Part shown: one piece after another, positions 37,901 through 50,524 of the stretch
Layout: every line of letters starts with the position of its first letter
Position numbering within the stretch: the stretch's first letter is position 1
NCBI GenBank assembly: GCA_002269645.1
Contig: NIVC01000545.1
Coordinates: forward strand, 1 to 64,000
Direction: 5' to 3'
Length of the DNA: 64,000 bases
Source: Macrostomum lignano
Lineage: Eukaryota
Notes under the pieces: model-generated
Databases searched by the model: none
The model's input: the letters and a program-made list of their open reading frames with translations, nothing else
Told to the model about the DNA's origin: nothing
Position numbers and translations under genes: made by a program

Positions 37901-40900
37901 TGGGGTGAAACTGGATTGGGAGTGGGGTGAAACTGGATTGGGAGTGGGGTGAAACTGGATAGGGAGTGGGGTGAGACTGGATAGGGAGTGGGGTGAGACT
38001 GGATAGGGAGTGGGGTGAGACTGGATAGGGAGTGGGGTGAGACTGGATAGGGAGTGGGGTGAAACTGGATTGAGAGTGGGGTGAAACTGGATTGAGAGTG
38101 GGGTGAGACTGGATTGGGATTGGAGTGACAATAGATAGGGACTGGGGTGAAACTGGATAGGGACTATAATGAGACACTGAATAGATAGAAGGGCGATGCT
38201 GAAGTCACGTGACCCTAAAAAGCACTCGTCGGGACCCACCCCGGCCCTCGCAGGTGAAGTGCCTCCGTGACGGCACCGACAAGGCGGCCCGCATAGTCGC
38301 CAGCTACGCCGCTCAGGGCCTTCAACCTCCCGCCGGGCTGCGGCGCGACTTCGAAGACCTGCTGAGCATCCTGGCCAGCCTGTACCCAGCCGGCGGCGAC
38401 TGCGAGCTCACGCTGGACTACTGGCTGGGCGGCGAGGCCGTGTCCAACGATCTGTTCAATCTCAGCAAATCTCGGCCAAGCAATCGGCAAGTTGCCTTGG
38501 CCAAATTCCTTCGCTTAGCCAGCGATGTTGTGCTGGCTCCGTCGCTGTACATTCCGTTCCTGCGCCTGCTGGCCAGGCTGTCCTGCGGCCGCACCCAGGC
38601 CAGAGCCTGCTACGCCATGCTGCGCGCCGGTAGCTTCTCGCTGAGCCGGCAGGCCTCTGTGCTGTCCTGGGATCATTTCTATTCCAGTTTGAGGATGTAC
38701 CTGAAAACTCTGCAGCAGGAGCTGCCGGCCCAGTTTGGCGCAGTGTCGTCTGCCAACGCTGTGGTTTATCCGCACCTGTACCAGACTCCCCAGCTGCAGC
38801 TGCAGTACCAGAGACAGCAGCAGCAGCAGCAGTTGGCGATGGGCAGACGAACCGGTGGCGCGGGGATCTCGCCATTGGAGCTGGAGGGTCTTATGCAGGT
38901 GAGATATCACCTATGCAAGTATCAGTGACAGTATCAGTGACAGGATCAGTGACATTATCAGTGACAGTATCAGTGACAGGATCAGCGACAGTATCAGTGA
39001 CAGTATCATTGACAGTATCAGTGACAGGATCAGCGACAGTAATCAGTGACAGTATCAGTGACAGCAGTATCAGTGACAGCAGTATCAGTGACAGCAGTAT
39101 CAGTGACAGTATCAGTGACAGTATCAGTGACAGCAGTATCAGTGACAGTGTCAGTGACAGGATCAGTGACATTATCAGTGACAGTATCATTGACAGTATC
39201 AGTGACAGGATCAGTGACAGGATCAGTGACAGGATCAGTGACAGTATCAGTGACAGTATCAATGACATTATCAGTGACAGTATCATTGACAGTATCAGTG
39301 ACAGTATCATTGACAGTATCGATGACAGTATCGATGACAGTATCAGTGACAGTATCATTGACAGTATCGATGACAGTATCAGTGACAGTATCAGTGACAG
39401 TATCATTGACAGTATCGATGACAGTATCAGTGACAGTATCATTGACAGTATCATTGTGCTGCTCCCTTTAACCTGTGTTCGGCAGGTGCTGCTGCTCATC
39501 GGAACCGTCGCTCATCACGAGCCCGAGCTGCGCTTCGAATTCTGCGAAAATACCGCCTGGCAACCAATCGGCCTGTTTGTGGGCTTCCTTACCTGCACAG
39601 TGCCGCTGTGCTTGAAAGCTCGCCTGCTTGCCACCCTGACTGTGTTTGCTGAGACACCCCAGCTGAGCGTCACTGTCTGGCAGGTGAGGCTCAACTAGTT
39701 AGTAACGTACCGGAGATGTTCATATAGGAACCGGAGGTGGTGTCCCAGATGGATATTTTTCATAGGAATATTTTCCCGCGGGTATATTTAGGAATTTTCT
39801 CATATGGATATTTTCCCTTAGGAATATTTACCCATAGGGATATTTTCCCTTGGGGATATTTTCCCACAGGGATATTAAGATATATTTTCCCATAGGGATA
39901 TTTTCCCATAGGGATATTTTCCCATAGGGATATTTTCCCATAAGGATATTTTCCCATTGAGATATTTTCCCATTGAGATATTTTCCCATTGAGATATTTT
40001 CCCACTGAGATATTTTCCCATAGGGATATTTTCCCATAGGGATCAGGGTGAGGATCAGGGTGGGTATTGATACGGGTACTTGCAGCTCACAATGACCTTA
40101 TTTGACAATAGGATCAGACACCCAAGTGATCATGCGACTATTAACCCAACCTGCTCGCCCAACCCCCAGGCCCTGCAGCAGTCCAGGTGCCTGACCCCGC
40201 CCAGCGGTTTCGGCCTGTCAACCGGCGGCCCCCCAAGTGTTGCTAGCCTGACAGCCGAGGTGGACGAAGCCGAAGCTCGCGTTGAAGAGTTTCCGCTGAC
40301 CAGATCGGCGCTGCGCCTTCTGCTTCAGCTGCTGCTCAGTCAGCAACAGCACTGGCAGCAGCTTCATCAGCCGGGGAAGTCTGGCAGCGGCGGCGGATTC
40401 TGTGTTGTTGACGCGTCAGCGCTTCGCTTTGTAAACGAAGTGGTGTTCTTGAAGCACGCGATGCGCTCCTACAGGCGGCCTGCCGAGCGCTGGAGCATTG
40501 CGGCTACCTGTATTGAGGTGGGCGCCCCCTGCTGTGTGCTTGGTTTAACATAAGAAGCCCACTCTGTGCATGTATGGCATCGATTGCCCTTTGAATGAAA
40601 CCGATTCCCCCTCAGTATGAAACCGATTCCCCCTCAGTATGAAACCGATTCCTCATCAGTATGGAACCGATTCCTCATCAGTATGGAAGCGATTCCCCCT
40701 CAGTATGAAACCGATTCCCCTTCAGTATGAAACCGATTCCTCATCAGTATGGAACCGATTCCCCTTCAGTATGGAACCGATTCCCCTTCAGTATGAAACC
40801 GATTCCTCATCAGTATGAAACCGATTCGTCATCAGTATGGAACCGATTCCCCTTCAGTATGGAACCGATTCCCCTTCAGTCTGAAACCGATTCCTCATCA

Positions 40901-43900
40901 GTATGGAACCGATTCCCCCTCAGTATGAAACCGATTCCCCTTCAGTATGAAACCGATTCCCCCTCAGTCTGAAACCGATTCCTCATCAGTATGAAACCGA
41001 TTCCCCCTCAGTATGAAACCGATTCCTCATCAGTATGAAACCGATTCCTCATCAGTATGAAACCGATTCCTCATCAGTATGGAACCGATTCCCCTTCAGT
41101 ATGAAACCGATTCCTCATCAGTATGGAACCGATTCCTCATCAGTATGGAAGCGATTCCCCCTCAGTATGAAACCGATTCCCCCTCAGTCTGAAACCGATT
41201 CCTCATCAGTATGGAACCGATTCCCCTTCAGTATGAAACCGATTCCTCATCAGTATGGAACCGATTCCTCATCAGTATGGAAGCGATTCCCCCTCAGTAT
41301 GAAACCGATTCCTCATCAGTATGAAACCGGTTCCCCTTCGGTATGAAAGCGATTCCCCCTGAATCTGAAAGCGATTCCCCCTGAATCTGAAAGCGATTCC
41401 CCCTGAATCTGAAAGCGATTCCCCCTGAATCTGAAAGCGATTCCCCCCTGAATCTGAAAGCGATTCCCCCTGAATCTGAAAGCGATCCCCCCTGAATCTG
41501 AAAGTGATTCCCCCTGAATCTGAAAGCGATTCCCTCTGAATCTGAAAGCGATTCCCCGTCAGCATGAGCAGCTCTGAACCGTCCCTTCCCCCGCACCGGC
41601 AGATCTACCTGGCCGTGCTGCAGCGAGCGTGCAGCCGCTACAACCCGGTTTACCAGCAGCATCTGCAGCAACAACAACAGCAGCAGCAGCAGCAACAGCA
41701 GCAGGAGACATCAGCAGACATCTACATTCTGTCCTTGCTGCTGTCCGAGTCTCCAACGCTGCGCCAGCTGCTGCAGCTGGTGTCAGACGCTGCCAGATTC
41801 ATGGAAAACCAGACGCCGCAGCATCGCCACTCGGAGCTAACGCCGGCGGTGCACCGGGCCGCCTTCTACGCTTTGCTGTTGCTGGACAAATTGCTGCTGC
41901 ACCAGGAGGAGCTGCTGGCCGTGCTCAGGTTTGCGATCGCTTGAGTTCGTTTATTTATATTGAATATGTATTGTTCAGCGAAACAATGAGGTTGTAGCCT
42001 AGTGGTTAGAGCGTCGGACTCGCGACTTGAAGGTCGGGGGTTCGATTCCCGATCCCACTGGAACAATTTGTGTCCTTGAGGAATACACTCAACTCTGCAT
42101 TGCTTCACTTAGTTCACCCAGCTGTGAAATGGGTGCCAGCATTAGCTGGGGTAATTGAGGGTGTGTGTGGCGAACCCCCAGTCCTTAGACTGAACAGACG
42201 TACGCAGCCTTCAGATGCGCCGCGCAATAGCTTCGGCTGAGCTGTCGGTTGCACATCTGGCCCAATCGGGGCAGGTGTAATCAATTATTATTATTAGCGA
42301 AAGCTAATCGGTTAATGGTAGCTTAGCCAGGGTTTAAATCTGGAATTTAGAATCTGGGCATCATCACTTGAATTCAATATCTGGCGCCAGATCTACAGCT
42401 GCTTGAGTTCCATATCTAGCGCCAGATCTACAGCTACTTGAGTTCCAAATCTAGCGCCAGATCTACAGCTGCTTGAGTTCCAAATCTAGCGCCAGATCTA
42501 CAGCTGCTTGAGTTCCATATCTAGCGCCAAATCTACAGCTGCTTGAGTTCCATATCTAGCGCCAAATCTACAGCTACTTGAGTTCCATATCTAGCGCCAA
42601 ATCTACAGCTACTTGAGTTCCATATCTAGCGCCAGATCTACAGCTGCTTGAGTTCCATATCTAGCGCCAAATCTACAGCTACTTGAGTTCCATATCTAGC
42701 GCCAGATCTACAGCTGTTTGAGTTCCATATCTAGCGCCAGATCTACAGCTGCTTGAGTCCCATATCTAGCGCCAGATCTACAGCTGCTTGAGTTCCATAT
42801 TTAGCGCCAAATCTACAGCTACTTCAACCGGCTCCCACTCTACCCGATCCCAATTCAAACTCGCAGAGAATTCGGCGGCGGCAGCGTCGGCGGCGGCCTC
42901 GGCGTCCGGCCAGCCCAGCTGCTGGCCACGGTAAGCCTGGCGGGCAGCCGGCGCCCGGACCACCTGGCCAGCCTGTGCCGCATTGTCGGCCAGGCCGACA
43001 CAGCGCCGCATCACGCGCGCCTCGCGCTTAGCATTTTTCGGCGCGCCGTTGGTCAGACGCAGCCGCACAGCGGCCTGATCGGCGCCCTGCTGTCCGACGC
43101 CGACACGCGACGCGAAATTATGCGCGGCTTCGCCTGCTGGCTGGAGGCCGACCAGCCGGCGGTGGCGTCGGCTGCTGAAGAGGCCGACGCTCTGGCACTG
43201 ATGGACGCCAGCGTCGTATCCGCTTCGGCTATCGAACGGGCGGCCGCTTCGGTTTCAACTAATATGGCTTCCATAGCAACGGCCATGGCAACGCTAGCCG
43301 ATGACTCCGAGGATGTCGAGGAGACCGGCCAGCGTCAGGAGGCCGAGTTTGCCGCGCTGACCGCCGAGGCGGCTCCGGCCTGCCGCACCAGCGTCCTGCT
43401 GCTGCTGCTGCACTGCCTGGACCGGTCGGCCCCCAACCTGGCCCACTTCCTGCTGGGCTACCGGATGGACGGCCGGCTTGCCGAGACTCAACTGCAGGTG
43501 CGCGTCTGTTTTCCTTGGCAGCGGCCATAGCAACTGTGGTGCCATAGTTCAAAGCGCAGTAGTTATTTAGTTGCCATAGCAACTGTAGTGCCATAATTCT
43601 AAGCGCAGTAGTGCTTTGGTTGCCATGGCAACGGTAGTGCCAAAATTCTAAGCACAGTAGTGCTTTGGTTGCCATGGCAACGGTATTTGTGCGGCTGCAG
43701 TGATTGGGTGTCCATAATGCCGTATAAAAAATTACTTCATATTGCAATCTGAAATCTGACTGCAGGAACCCGGCGTCAATGGCTATCCCAAGACCTGCCT
43801 GCACTCGCTGATGTCCCTGATGCGTCGGGCCGCCGATCCCGCTGCCACAGCTGTCTTTGCGGACAGCGACCATGCCGACTTTGCTCTGGCCTACCGTCTG

Positions 43901-46900
43901 GCCTTCTGTCTGGCCGTCAATGTCGACACCTCGCCGAGTTTCCTGCGCTACCTCCGCGCCGGCTCCGAGTTCTTAGCCGGCCAGTTGGCCTTCCTGCTGG
44001 CCTCCGCTCGGCGCCAGCAACCGCAGGTACAGTTATAATTAGCAAATCGAAAGGCAGATATTCTTACAAAATATATTGAAGGGTGGCGTGGTTCATCAAA
44101 ATCATCGATGATTATGCAGTAGCGGCACATCAAAGGGATCGATAATTATGCGGTAGCGGCACATCAAGGCCATCGATAGTTACGGGGTAGCGGCACATCA
44201 AAGGGACCGATGGTTATGGGGTAGCGGCACATCAAAGGGACCGATGGTTACGGGGTAGCGGCACATCAAAGGGACCGATGGTTATGGGGTAGCGGCACAT
44301 CAAAGGGACCGATGGTTATGGGGTAGCGGCACATCAAAGGGACCGATGGTTATGGGGTAGCGGCACATCAAAGGGACCGATGGTTATGGGGTAGCGGCAC
44401 ATCAAAGGGACCGATGGTTATGGGGTAGCGGCACATCAAAGGGACCGATGGTTATGGGGTAGCGGCACATCAAAGGGACCGATGGTTATGGGGTAGCGGC
44501 ACATCAAAGGGACCGATGGTTATGGGGTAGCGGCACATCAAAGGGATCGATAGTTAAGGTGTTAGCGGCACATCAAATCCATTTTTTAGTTTTAAGGCAG
44601 CGGCACATTTAAAGCATAGAGGCGCATTAAAAGCTAATCGGTAACTGCTTTTAACCTACAAGATTTAAAAAAATGAGCAACCCTCACTCGCAGGCGCTGA
44701 CGCCCAGACGCCAGGCACTCGGTCGCCTGCAGAAGGCCTGGCTACTCCGCCTGCTAGCTGTTGACATTCGCTGCGCCGCCCTGTCAAATCAGCGCGGCCA
44801 CGCCGTCAAGCTGGTGCGCGCCCTGCTCGGCGCCGATTGGACCAGCGGCGCAGAGCGAAGCGCCCTGGATCAGGTGTACAGCTACGGGGCCCCGCAGCGG
44901 GACGACACCCTGCTGTCGCTGCTGGACAGCCTGGCCAGCGAGGAGCTGCTCGCCGCTGAATTAGCCGACGACGACGACGAAATCGCCGCCGCCGCCTCTG
45001 GCACGGTCGTCGACATTGACGACGAATCAACGGCCGTCACTGCAGCGTCGCGAACGGCCCGGCCGGAGCTCCTGGGCGGCGCGACCCGGTTGCGCCATCT
45101 CAATCGGCACAGCGTGGAGGAGATGCTGCGCGCCTGCGAGGAGCAGCTGCCGGCCGGGGCCCGCGTCACCAGCCTGCAGGCCCTGGCCGCCAATCTCTAC
45201 TCTGGTGCTGCCGCGGCCGCCGCCGCCTCAGGGGCCGGCGTTCAACAGCGGGCTGAGCTGGAGGCGGAGATTCGGCTGGTGCTGCGGCTTGCCGAGAAGC
45301 GCAACGCCCGGCGCCTGGCCGAGCAGGTGAGCAGCGGAAGGGTTGCTTAAAAACATGTGTTAAGATGTATTCAGAACTGGGATTTTATCCCACAACAATG
45401 GTTGAACTGGGATTTTATCCCACAACAATGGTTAAACTGGGATTTTATCCCACAACAATGGTTAAACTGGGATTTTATCCCACAACAATTGTTAAACTGG
45501 GATTTTATCCCACAACAATTGTTAAACTAGGATTTTATCCCACAACAATTGTTAAACTAGGATTTTATCCCACAACAATTGTTAAACTAGGATTTTATCC
45601 CACAACAATGGTTGAACTGGGATTTTATCCCACAACAATGGTTAAACTGGGATTTTATCCCACAACAATTGTTAAACTGGGATTTTATCCCACAACAATT
45701 GTTAAACTAGGATTTTATCCCACAACAATTGTTAAACTAGGATTTTATCCCACAACAATTGTTAAACTAGGATTTTATCCCACAACAATGGTTGAACTGG
45801 GATTTTATCCCACAACAATGGTTAAACTGGGATTTTATCCCACAACAATGGTTAAACTGGGATTTTATCCCACAACAATGGTTCAACTGGTATTTTATCC
45901 CACAACAATGGTTAAACTGGGATTTTATCCCACAACAATGGTTAAACTGGGATTTTATCCCACAACAATGGTTCAACTGGTATTTTATCCTATTTTTCTT
46001 ACGCAGGGCCGCTTAGCCATGGCGGACGGGTGGCGCCAGACGGCCGAGGTGCTGTTCTCCGCCTGCCCGCCTGACTGGAGCGCGCCGACGCCTCCGCTTC
46101 GTCGGGCTCTGCTGGCCGAGTTCTTGGACAGACTGCTAGCCGCGCTAGGCGGAGACAGCGATGCCAGCGGCGCTAGCGGCTTGGCCGCGTCACTTAGCAA
46201 CACTGTGGCACTGCTCACCTCCGGCTTGGTGCACAGCCTGCTGGCTTCAGGCGGAGCGCAGGACAGCTTGGCTGACGATTCCACGGCTTCTTCCGTGCTT
46301 CAGGCAGCTGACCGACACGCCAGCGTGCGGACCGCTTCGCCCACCGTTGGTGAGGGATTGTAGCTCATATGCGTTTTGGATTATGCATGTTTTTTTAGTT
46401 CTCTAGGATAAATAGGTGAGATTTTGTACCTTTAGTAGGGGTGAGATTTTGTAGATTGTTGTTCGGGGTGAGATTTTGTAGCTTTGTTAGGGTTTAGATT
46501 TTGTAGCTTTGTTAGGGTTGAGATTTTGTAGCTTTGTTAGGGTTTAGATTGTGTAACTTTGTTAGGGGTGAGATTTTGTAGCTTTGTTAGGGGTGAGATT
46601 TTGTAGCTTTGTTAGGGTTTAGATTGTGTAACTTTGTTAGGGGTGAGATTTTGTAGCTTTGTTAGGGGTGAGATTTTGTAGCTTTGTTAGGGGTGAGATT
46701 TTGTAGCTTTGTTAGGGTTTAGATTGTGTAACTTTGTTAGGGGTGAGATTTTGTAGCTTTGTTAGGGGAGATTTTGTAGCTTTGTTAGGGGTGAGATTTT
46801 GTAGCTTTGTTAGGGTTGAGATTTTGTAGCTTTGTTAGGGGTGAGATTTTACGGATTGTTGTTAGAGGCGAGATTTTGCAGATTGTTGTTAAGGATGAGA

Positions 46901-49900
46901 TTTTGCATATTGTTGTTAAGGGTGAGATTTTGAAGGTTGTTGTTAAGGGTGTGATTTTTTAGCTTTGGTAGGGGTGAGATTTTGCAAATTGTTGTTAAGG
47001 GTGAGATTTTGCATATTGTTGTTAAGGGTGAGATTTTGCAGGTTGTTGTTAAGGGTGTGATTTTTTAGCTTTGGTAGGGGTAAGATTTTGCAAATTGTTG
47101 TTAAGGGTGAGATTTTGCATATTGTTGTTAAGGGTTAGATTTTGCAGATTGTTGTTAGGGGTGAGCTTTTGTAATTTCTGTTAGAGGTGAGATCCATTTT
47201 GCATCTTCCCGTTCGTATTCAAAGCCGACGAGCCGATATGTATCGAAATGACTCATTTTCTCAGGCGGAGTCGCCTCCTCGACCTCGATGGCTTCGGAAT
47301 CCAGCGGCGGCTCCCGGGAGCTGCAGCAGCTGCTCCAGCTGCTCCGCTCGCTTGCCCGCGCTCTCCTGCGGCACCGGTCCTCCGCGCAGAGCATCCGCGG
47401 CAATCTCTACGCCTCCGCCTGCTTCCTGCTGTCCGCCGCCGGCCTCCTCCGCTCTGGCCGGCCGGCCGTCGCCGCGTTGACAGTCGCAGCGGCCGCGGCC
47501 GGCCGCGACCTCGCCGAACTGACCTGCCGTGACGCCGCCGACGCGCACCCGGTGACGCGGCTGCTGGCCACCTCGCTGCTGGACTCGGCGATGCGCCTGG
47601 ACCCGGCCGGCTCGGCCGACTGGCAGACCCACTTGACCAGCCGAGGCTACCTGGACCACTTTGTCGATGCTTTGGCCGCCGACTCCGAGGCCCTGGAGGC
47701 CGCCGTCAGCCCCGCTGTGTCCGGTAGCGACGATGCCGCCAACTCGGAGGCCGCCACATTGGCGCCGCTGTTCCTGGCCGCCTCGCGCCTGGCGCTGCTC
47801 TGCCGATTGGCCTCCAGCCAGGCCGGCGCCTCGGCGCTCCTTCACGCCGGCGCCATCGCCCGGCTCGCCGACTGCGCCGCTTTCGGACGTCGGCCTCCGC
47901 CGCCACCCCCTACATCGACATCGTCTGGCTCAGCAGCTTCGGCGATGGACTTCGGCGTCGATCCGGCCTGGCTGGGCGTCGGGCCGGAGCCGGCGGTTCG
48001 CTACCGCCTGCTGCTCATGCCGGCGCTGCGCGCGGCAGGCGCCCTGATGGCGTCGCTCGGCTGGAAGAATCAACTGGCTGCCCAGCAGGCGCTGCTGTTT
48101 GTCGACCGGCACTGGGACGCTTTTAGCGCGTGCAGCGGGCTCGCTGTTAGGTAATGATAAATATTCTATTTTCACTCGCAGTGTCATCCCTATTGTCACT
48201 CGCCGTGTCACTCCTATTGTCACTCGCAGTGGCAGTCCTATTGTCACTCACAGCATCACTCGTATTGTCACTCAGCGTCACTCCTATTGTCACTCGCAGT
48301 GTGTCTCTCCTATTGTCACTCACAAGTTCACTCCTATTGTCACTCACAGCGTCACTCCTATCGTCATCACTATGCAGAATACCCTGTACATCCTCTCCAA
48401 CTCGACCCGCACTGCAGGTGCCCAGACGACCCCGAGCAGTGGGAGGAGCTCAGCTTATTTGCCGGCCTACTCCGCCAGTGCTGCTCCGCCCTGGTGACCC
48501 ACCAGCGCTCGCCTCTGCTAGGCCGGGTGGAGCGCTGGCTGTCCGAGGCGCTTGCCAATGTGGCGCCCATTGCCCTGCAGCTGCCGCAAAAGCAGGCGGA
48601 TGCGGCCGCTTCATCGTCAGCATCGGCGGCTGCATCCCCGTCTGGCCCAATCGACCATCGGCTGCTTCTCCGACGTTCCGACACTCTGGCCGCTCTCACT
48701 GGCTTGCTGGCCAGGCTGCTGGCCTGCGATTTGCACCTGCAGCAGCAGCAGCAACAGGACCAGAAACAGCAGCACGACGGGAGTGTTGCGTCCTCGGCTC
48801 TGCTGCCGCCCTACCTGTCACCCAGCGAGCCGGCAGCTGGCGGACGCCCCTGCCTCGGCCACCTACTGCGCCTGACCCGCGCCTGCCTCACTCGCGCCGG
48901 TGCCGCCGCCGTCGGGGCCAAGACGCTGGCGCACAGGTGTGTGACTGAGTGCCTATCTGAGTCTGCTAGTGTGTGACTGAGTGCCTATCTGAGTTTGCTA
49001 GTGTGTGACTGAGTGCCTGTCTGAGTCTGCTGATGTGTGACTGAGTGCCTGTTTGAGTCTGCTAGTGTGTGACTGAGTGCCTATCTGAGTCTGCTAGTGT
49101 GTGGCTGAGTGCCTACTTGAGTCTGCTGGTGTGTGACTGAGTGCTCTAAAACGAAACTGAAACCCCTGCCGCAGACTGGACGGTCTCAACGAGCTCGGGC
49201 CAGAGCAGCGGGAACTGCTCACCAGAGAATGGCTGCCGCTGCTCTACCAGCAGCTTCAGCAGGAGCAACAGCAGGGCGGCTCCTCCGTGCTGCAGGGCGG
49301 CGATCTTCGCGTCCCGCTGTCGGCCGCCCTGACCGACTGGCGCCTCTCAGCCGGCCAGCTGGCCGCCTCGCTCGAGCACCTGACCTTCGCTGTCTGGTCC
49401 CACGTGGACTGCTACCTGCGCTGGGCCCGCCTGGACCCGGGCAGCGGCGCGACCGCGGCCTCCGCCACCGGCAGCTCCGCCGCTGTCACCTCGACGCCCG
49501 GAGGCATTCGCCGACTGACCGCAGCCAGTCCGGAGCAGCGGCAGCTCGCGGCAGCCTCGCCTGCGGCAGCTGCTGCCACCGCCATGCCGATCGCTGGCCT
49601 GGAAGACGACACCCGGGTCCGGCAGTACCTGCTGGGCGGCCGATTCGAGTCTGAGCTGGGCGCTGCGCCGAACCTCACCGACGATTGGTTTGCCGCTATG
49701 CTGGCCGCGCCGAAGGTGAGGACTGCTTTGTTGGGTCTCTTACTGCCGCCCTCACAGATCCTCAGTTGCTGGGCCAGCCTCCCAGATCCTCAGTTGCTGG
49801 GCCAGCCTCCCAGATCCTCAGTTGCTAGGCCATCCTCCCAGATCCTCAGTTTCTGGACCAGCCTCCCAGATCCTCAGTTGCTGGGCCAGCCTCCCAGATC

Positions 49901-50524
49901 CTCAGTTGCTGGGCCATCCTCCCAGATCCTCAGTTTCTGGACCAGCCTCCCAGATCCTCAGTTGCTGGGCCAGCCTCCCAGAATGTCAGTTGCTGGGCCA
50001 GCCTGCCAGATCCTCAGTTGCTGGGCCAGCCTCCCAGATCCTCAGTTGCTGGGCCAGCCTCCCAGATTCTCAGTTGCTGGGCCAGCCTCCCAGATCCTCA
50101 GTTTCTGGACCAGCCTCCCAGATCCTCAGTTTCTGGACCAGCCTCCCAGATCCTCAGTTTCTGGACCAGCCTGCCAGAATGTCAGTTGATGGGCCAGCCT
50201 CCCAGATCCTCAGTTTCTAGACCAGCCTCCCAGATCCTCAGTTTCTGGACCAGCCTCCCAGATCCTCAGTTGCTGGGCCAGCCTCCCAGATCCTCAGTTG
50301 CTGGGCCATCCTCCCAGATCCTCAGTTTCTGAACCAGCCTCCCAGAATATCAGTTGCTGGGCCAGCCTGCCAGAATGTCAGTTGCTGGGCCAGCCTCCCA
50401 GATCATCAGTTGCTGGGCCTTTCATCTTCGCCGCCCGCAGGAGCTGGACCAGCCCGAGGACCAGCAGGGCTTCACAGAGAATCTGCTGCGCCGTCTGCAG
50501 CGAATGGTTAAGCTGAGCGGCTAG
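34943..50524 (+). CDS. NUP205: Nuclear pore complex protein Nup205, ~2228 aa, 16 exons
   Basis: Exons 34943-35077, 35740-35911, 36045-36507, 36988-37489, 38254-38898, 39486-39683, 40170-40517, 41603-41928, 42867-43497, 43766-44026, 44694-45326, 46007-46349, 47265-48150, 48418-48936, 49175-49715 and 50441-50524, all GT-AG and in phase (6687 nt). Recognisable Nup205 segments: KKARPNFHALLKNPP, EEAIIVSDLFELNEMAAVELLL, QQPSYPDLTRGLVAVLLYYD, PMQVKCLR, LKARLL, PGVNGYPKTCLHSL, KAWLLRLLAVDIR, DGWRQTAEV. Confidence 0.93.
35165..35715. repeat. NUP205 intron 1 minisatellite, 21-bp unit (ctgtcagctcattctgtcaga)
   Basis: Direct reading. Confidence 0.95.
36650..36860. repeat. NUP205 intron 3 purine-rich degenerate minisatellite (gtgagagttgcctgggagagg)
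   Basis: Direct reading. Confidence 0.8.
37490..38165. repeat. NUP205 intron 4 minisatellite, 22-bp unit (gtgagactggatagggagtggg)
   Basis: Direct reading; the array starts at the splice donor. Confidence 0.92.
38920..39453. repeat. NUP205 intron 5 minisatellite, 12-bp unit (tatcagtgacag)
   Basis: Direct reading. Confidence 0.95.
39765..40045. repeat. NUP205 intron 6 minisatellite, 16-bp unit (gggatattttcccata)
   Basis: Direct reading. Confidence 0.92.
40597..41557. repeat. NUP205 intron 7 minisatellite, 22-bp unit in two sub-arrays
   Basis: gaaaccgattcc(t/c)c(a/c/t)tcagtat to ~41343, then gaaagcgattccccctgaatct. Confidence 0.95.
41988..42296 (+). mobile_element. tRNA-derived SINE (family B) with CORE-like central domain and (ATT)n tail, in NUP205 intron 8
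   Basis: A-box tagcctagtggtt and B-box ggttcgattcc (42039-42049). The segment tgtgtccttgaggaatacactcaac...ctgtgaaatggg resembles the MIR/CORE consensus tgtgaccttgggcaagtcacttaac...ctgtaaaatggg. Tail (att)4. Confidence 0.75.
42380..42822. repeat. NUP205 intron 8 minisatellite, 35-bp unit (ctacagctgcttgagttccatatctagcgccagat)
   Basis: Direct reading. Confidence 0.95.
43525..43685. repeat. NUP205 intron 9 short degenerate tandem repeat (~39-bp unit)
   Basis: gttgccat(a/g)gcaac...gtagtgcca..attctaagc.cagtagtgcttt recurs 3-4 times. Confidence 0.7.
44140..44580. repeat. NUP205 intron 10 minisatellite, 34-bp unit (gggtagcggcacatcaaagggaccgatggttatg)
   Basis: Direct reading. Confidence 0.95.
45375..45990. 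repeat. NUP205 intron 11 minisatellite, 30-bp unit (aactgggattttatcccacaacaatggtta), ~20 copies
   Basis: Direct reading. Confidence 0.97.
46440..47160. repeat. NUP205 intron 12 minisatellite, ~26-bp unit (ggggtgagattttgtagctttgttag)
   Basis: Direct reading. Confidence 0.93.
48165..48370. repeat. NUP205 intron 13 minisatellite, 24-bp unit (ctcctattgtcactcgcagtgtca)
   Basis: Direct reading. Confidence 0.85.
48937..49143. repeat. NUP205 intron 14 minisatellite, 32-bp unit (gtgtgtgactgagtgcctatctgagtctgcta)
   Basis: Direct reading; the first unit begins exactly at the donor GT. Confidence 0.93.
49755..50418. repeat. NUP205 intron 15 minisatellite, 28-bp unit (gggccagcctcccagatcctcagttgct)
   Basis: Direct reading. 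Confidence 0.95.

Noticed and set aside
41988-42060. tRNA gene (CGC anticodon-like loop)
   Set aside because: The anticodon stem pairs poorly and the sequence continues into a CORE-like SINE body.
47155-49678. Numerous antisense and alternate-frame ORFs over GC-rich exons (also 28751-29179, 36928-37450, 42778-43873)
   Set aside because: Expected by-products of high GC3 coding sequence lacking stop codons.
35142-50332. Repetitive ORFs overlapping NUP205 introns (e.g. 35142-35843, 38891-39698, 45365-46363, 49822-50332)
   Set aside because: They arise from stop-free minisatellite units inside GT-AG introns; the NUP205 frame is complete without them.
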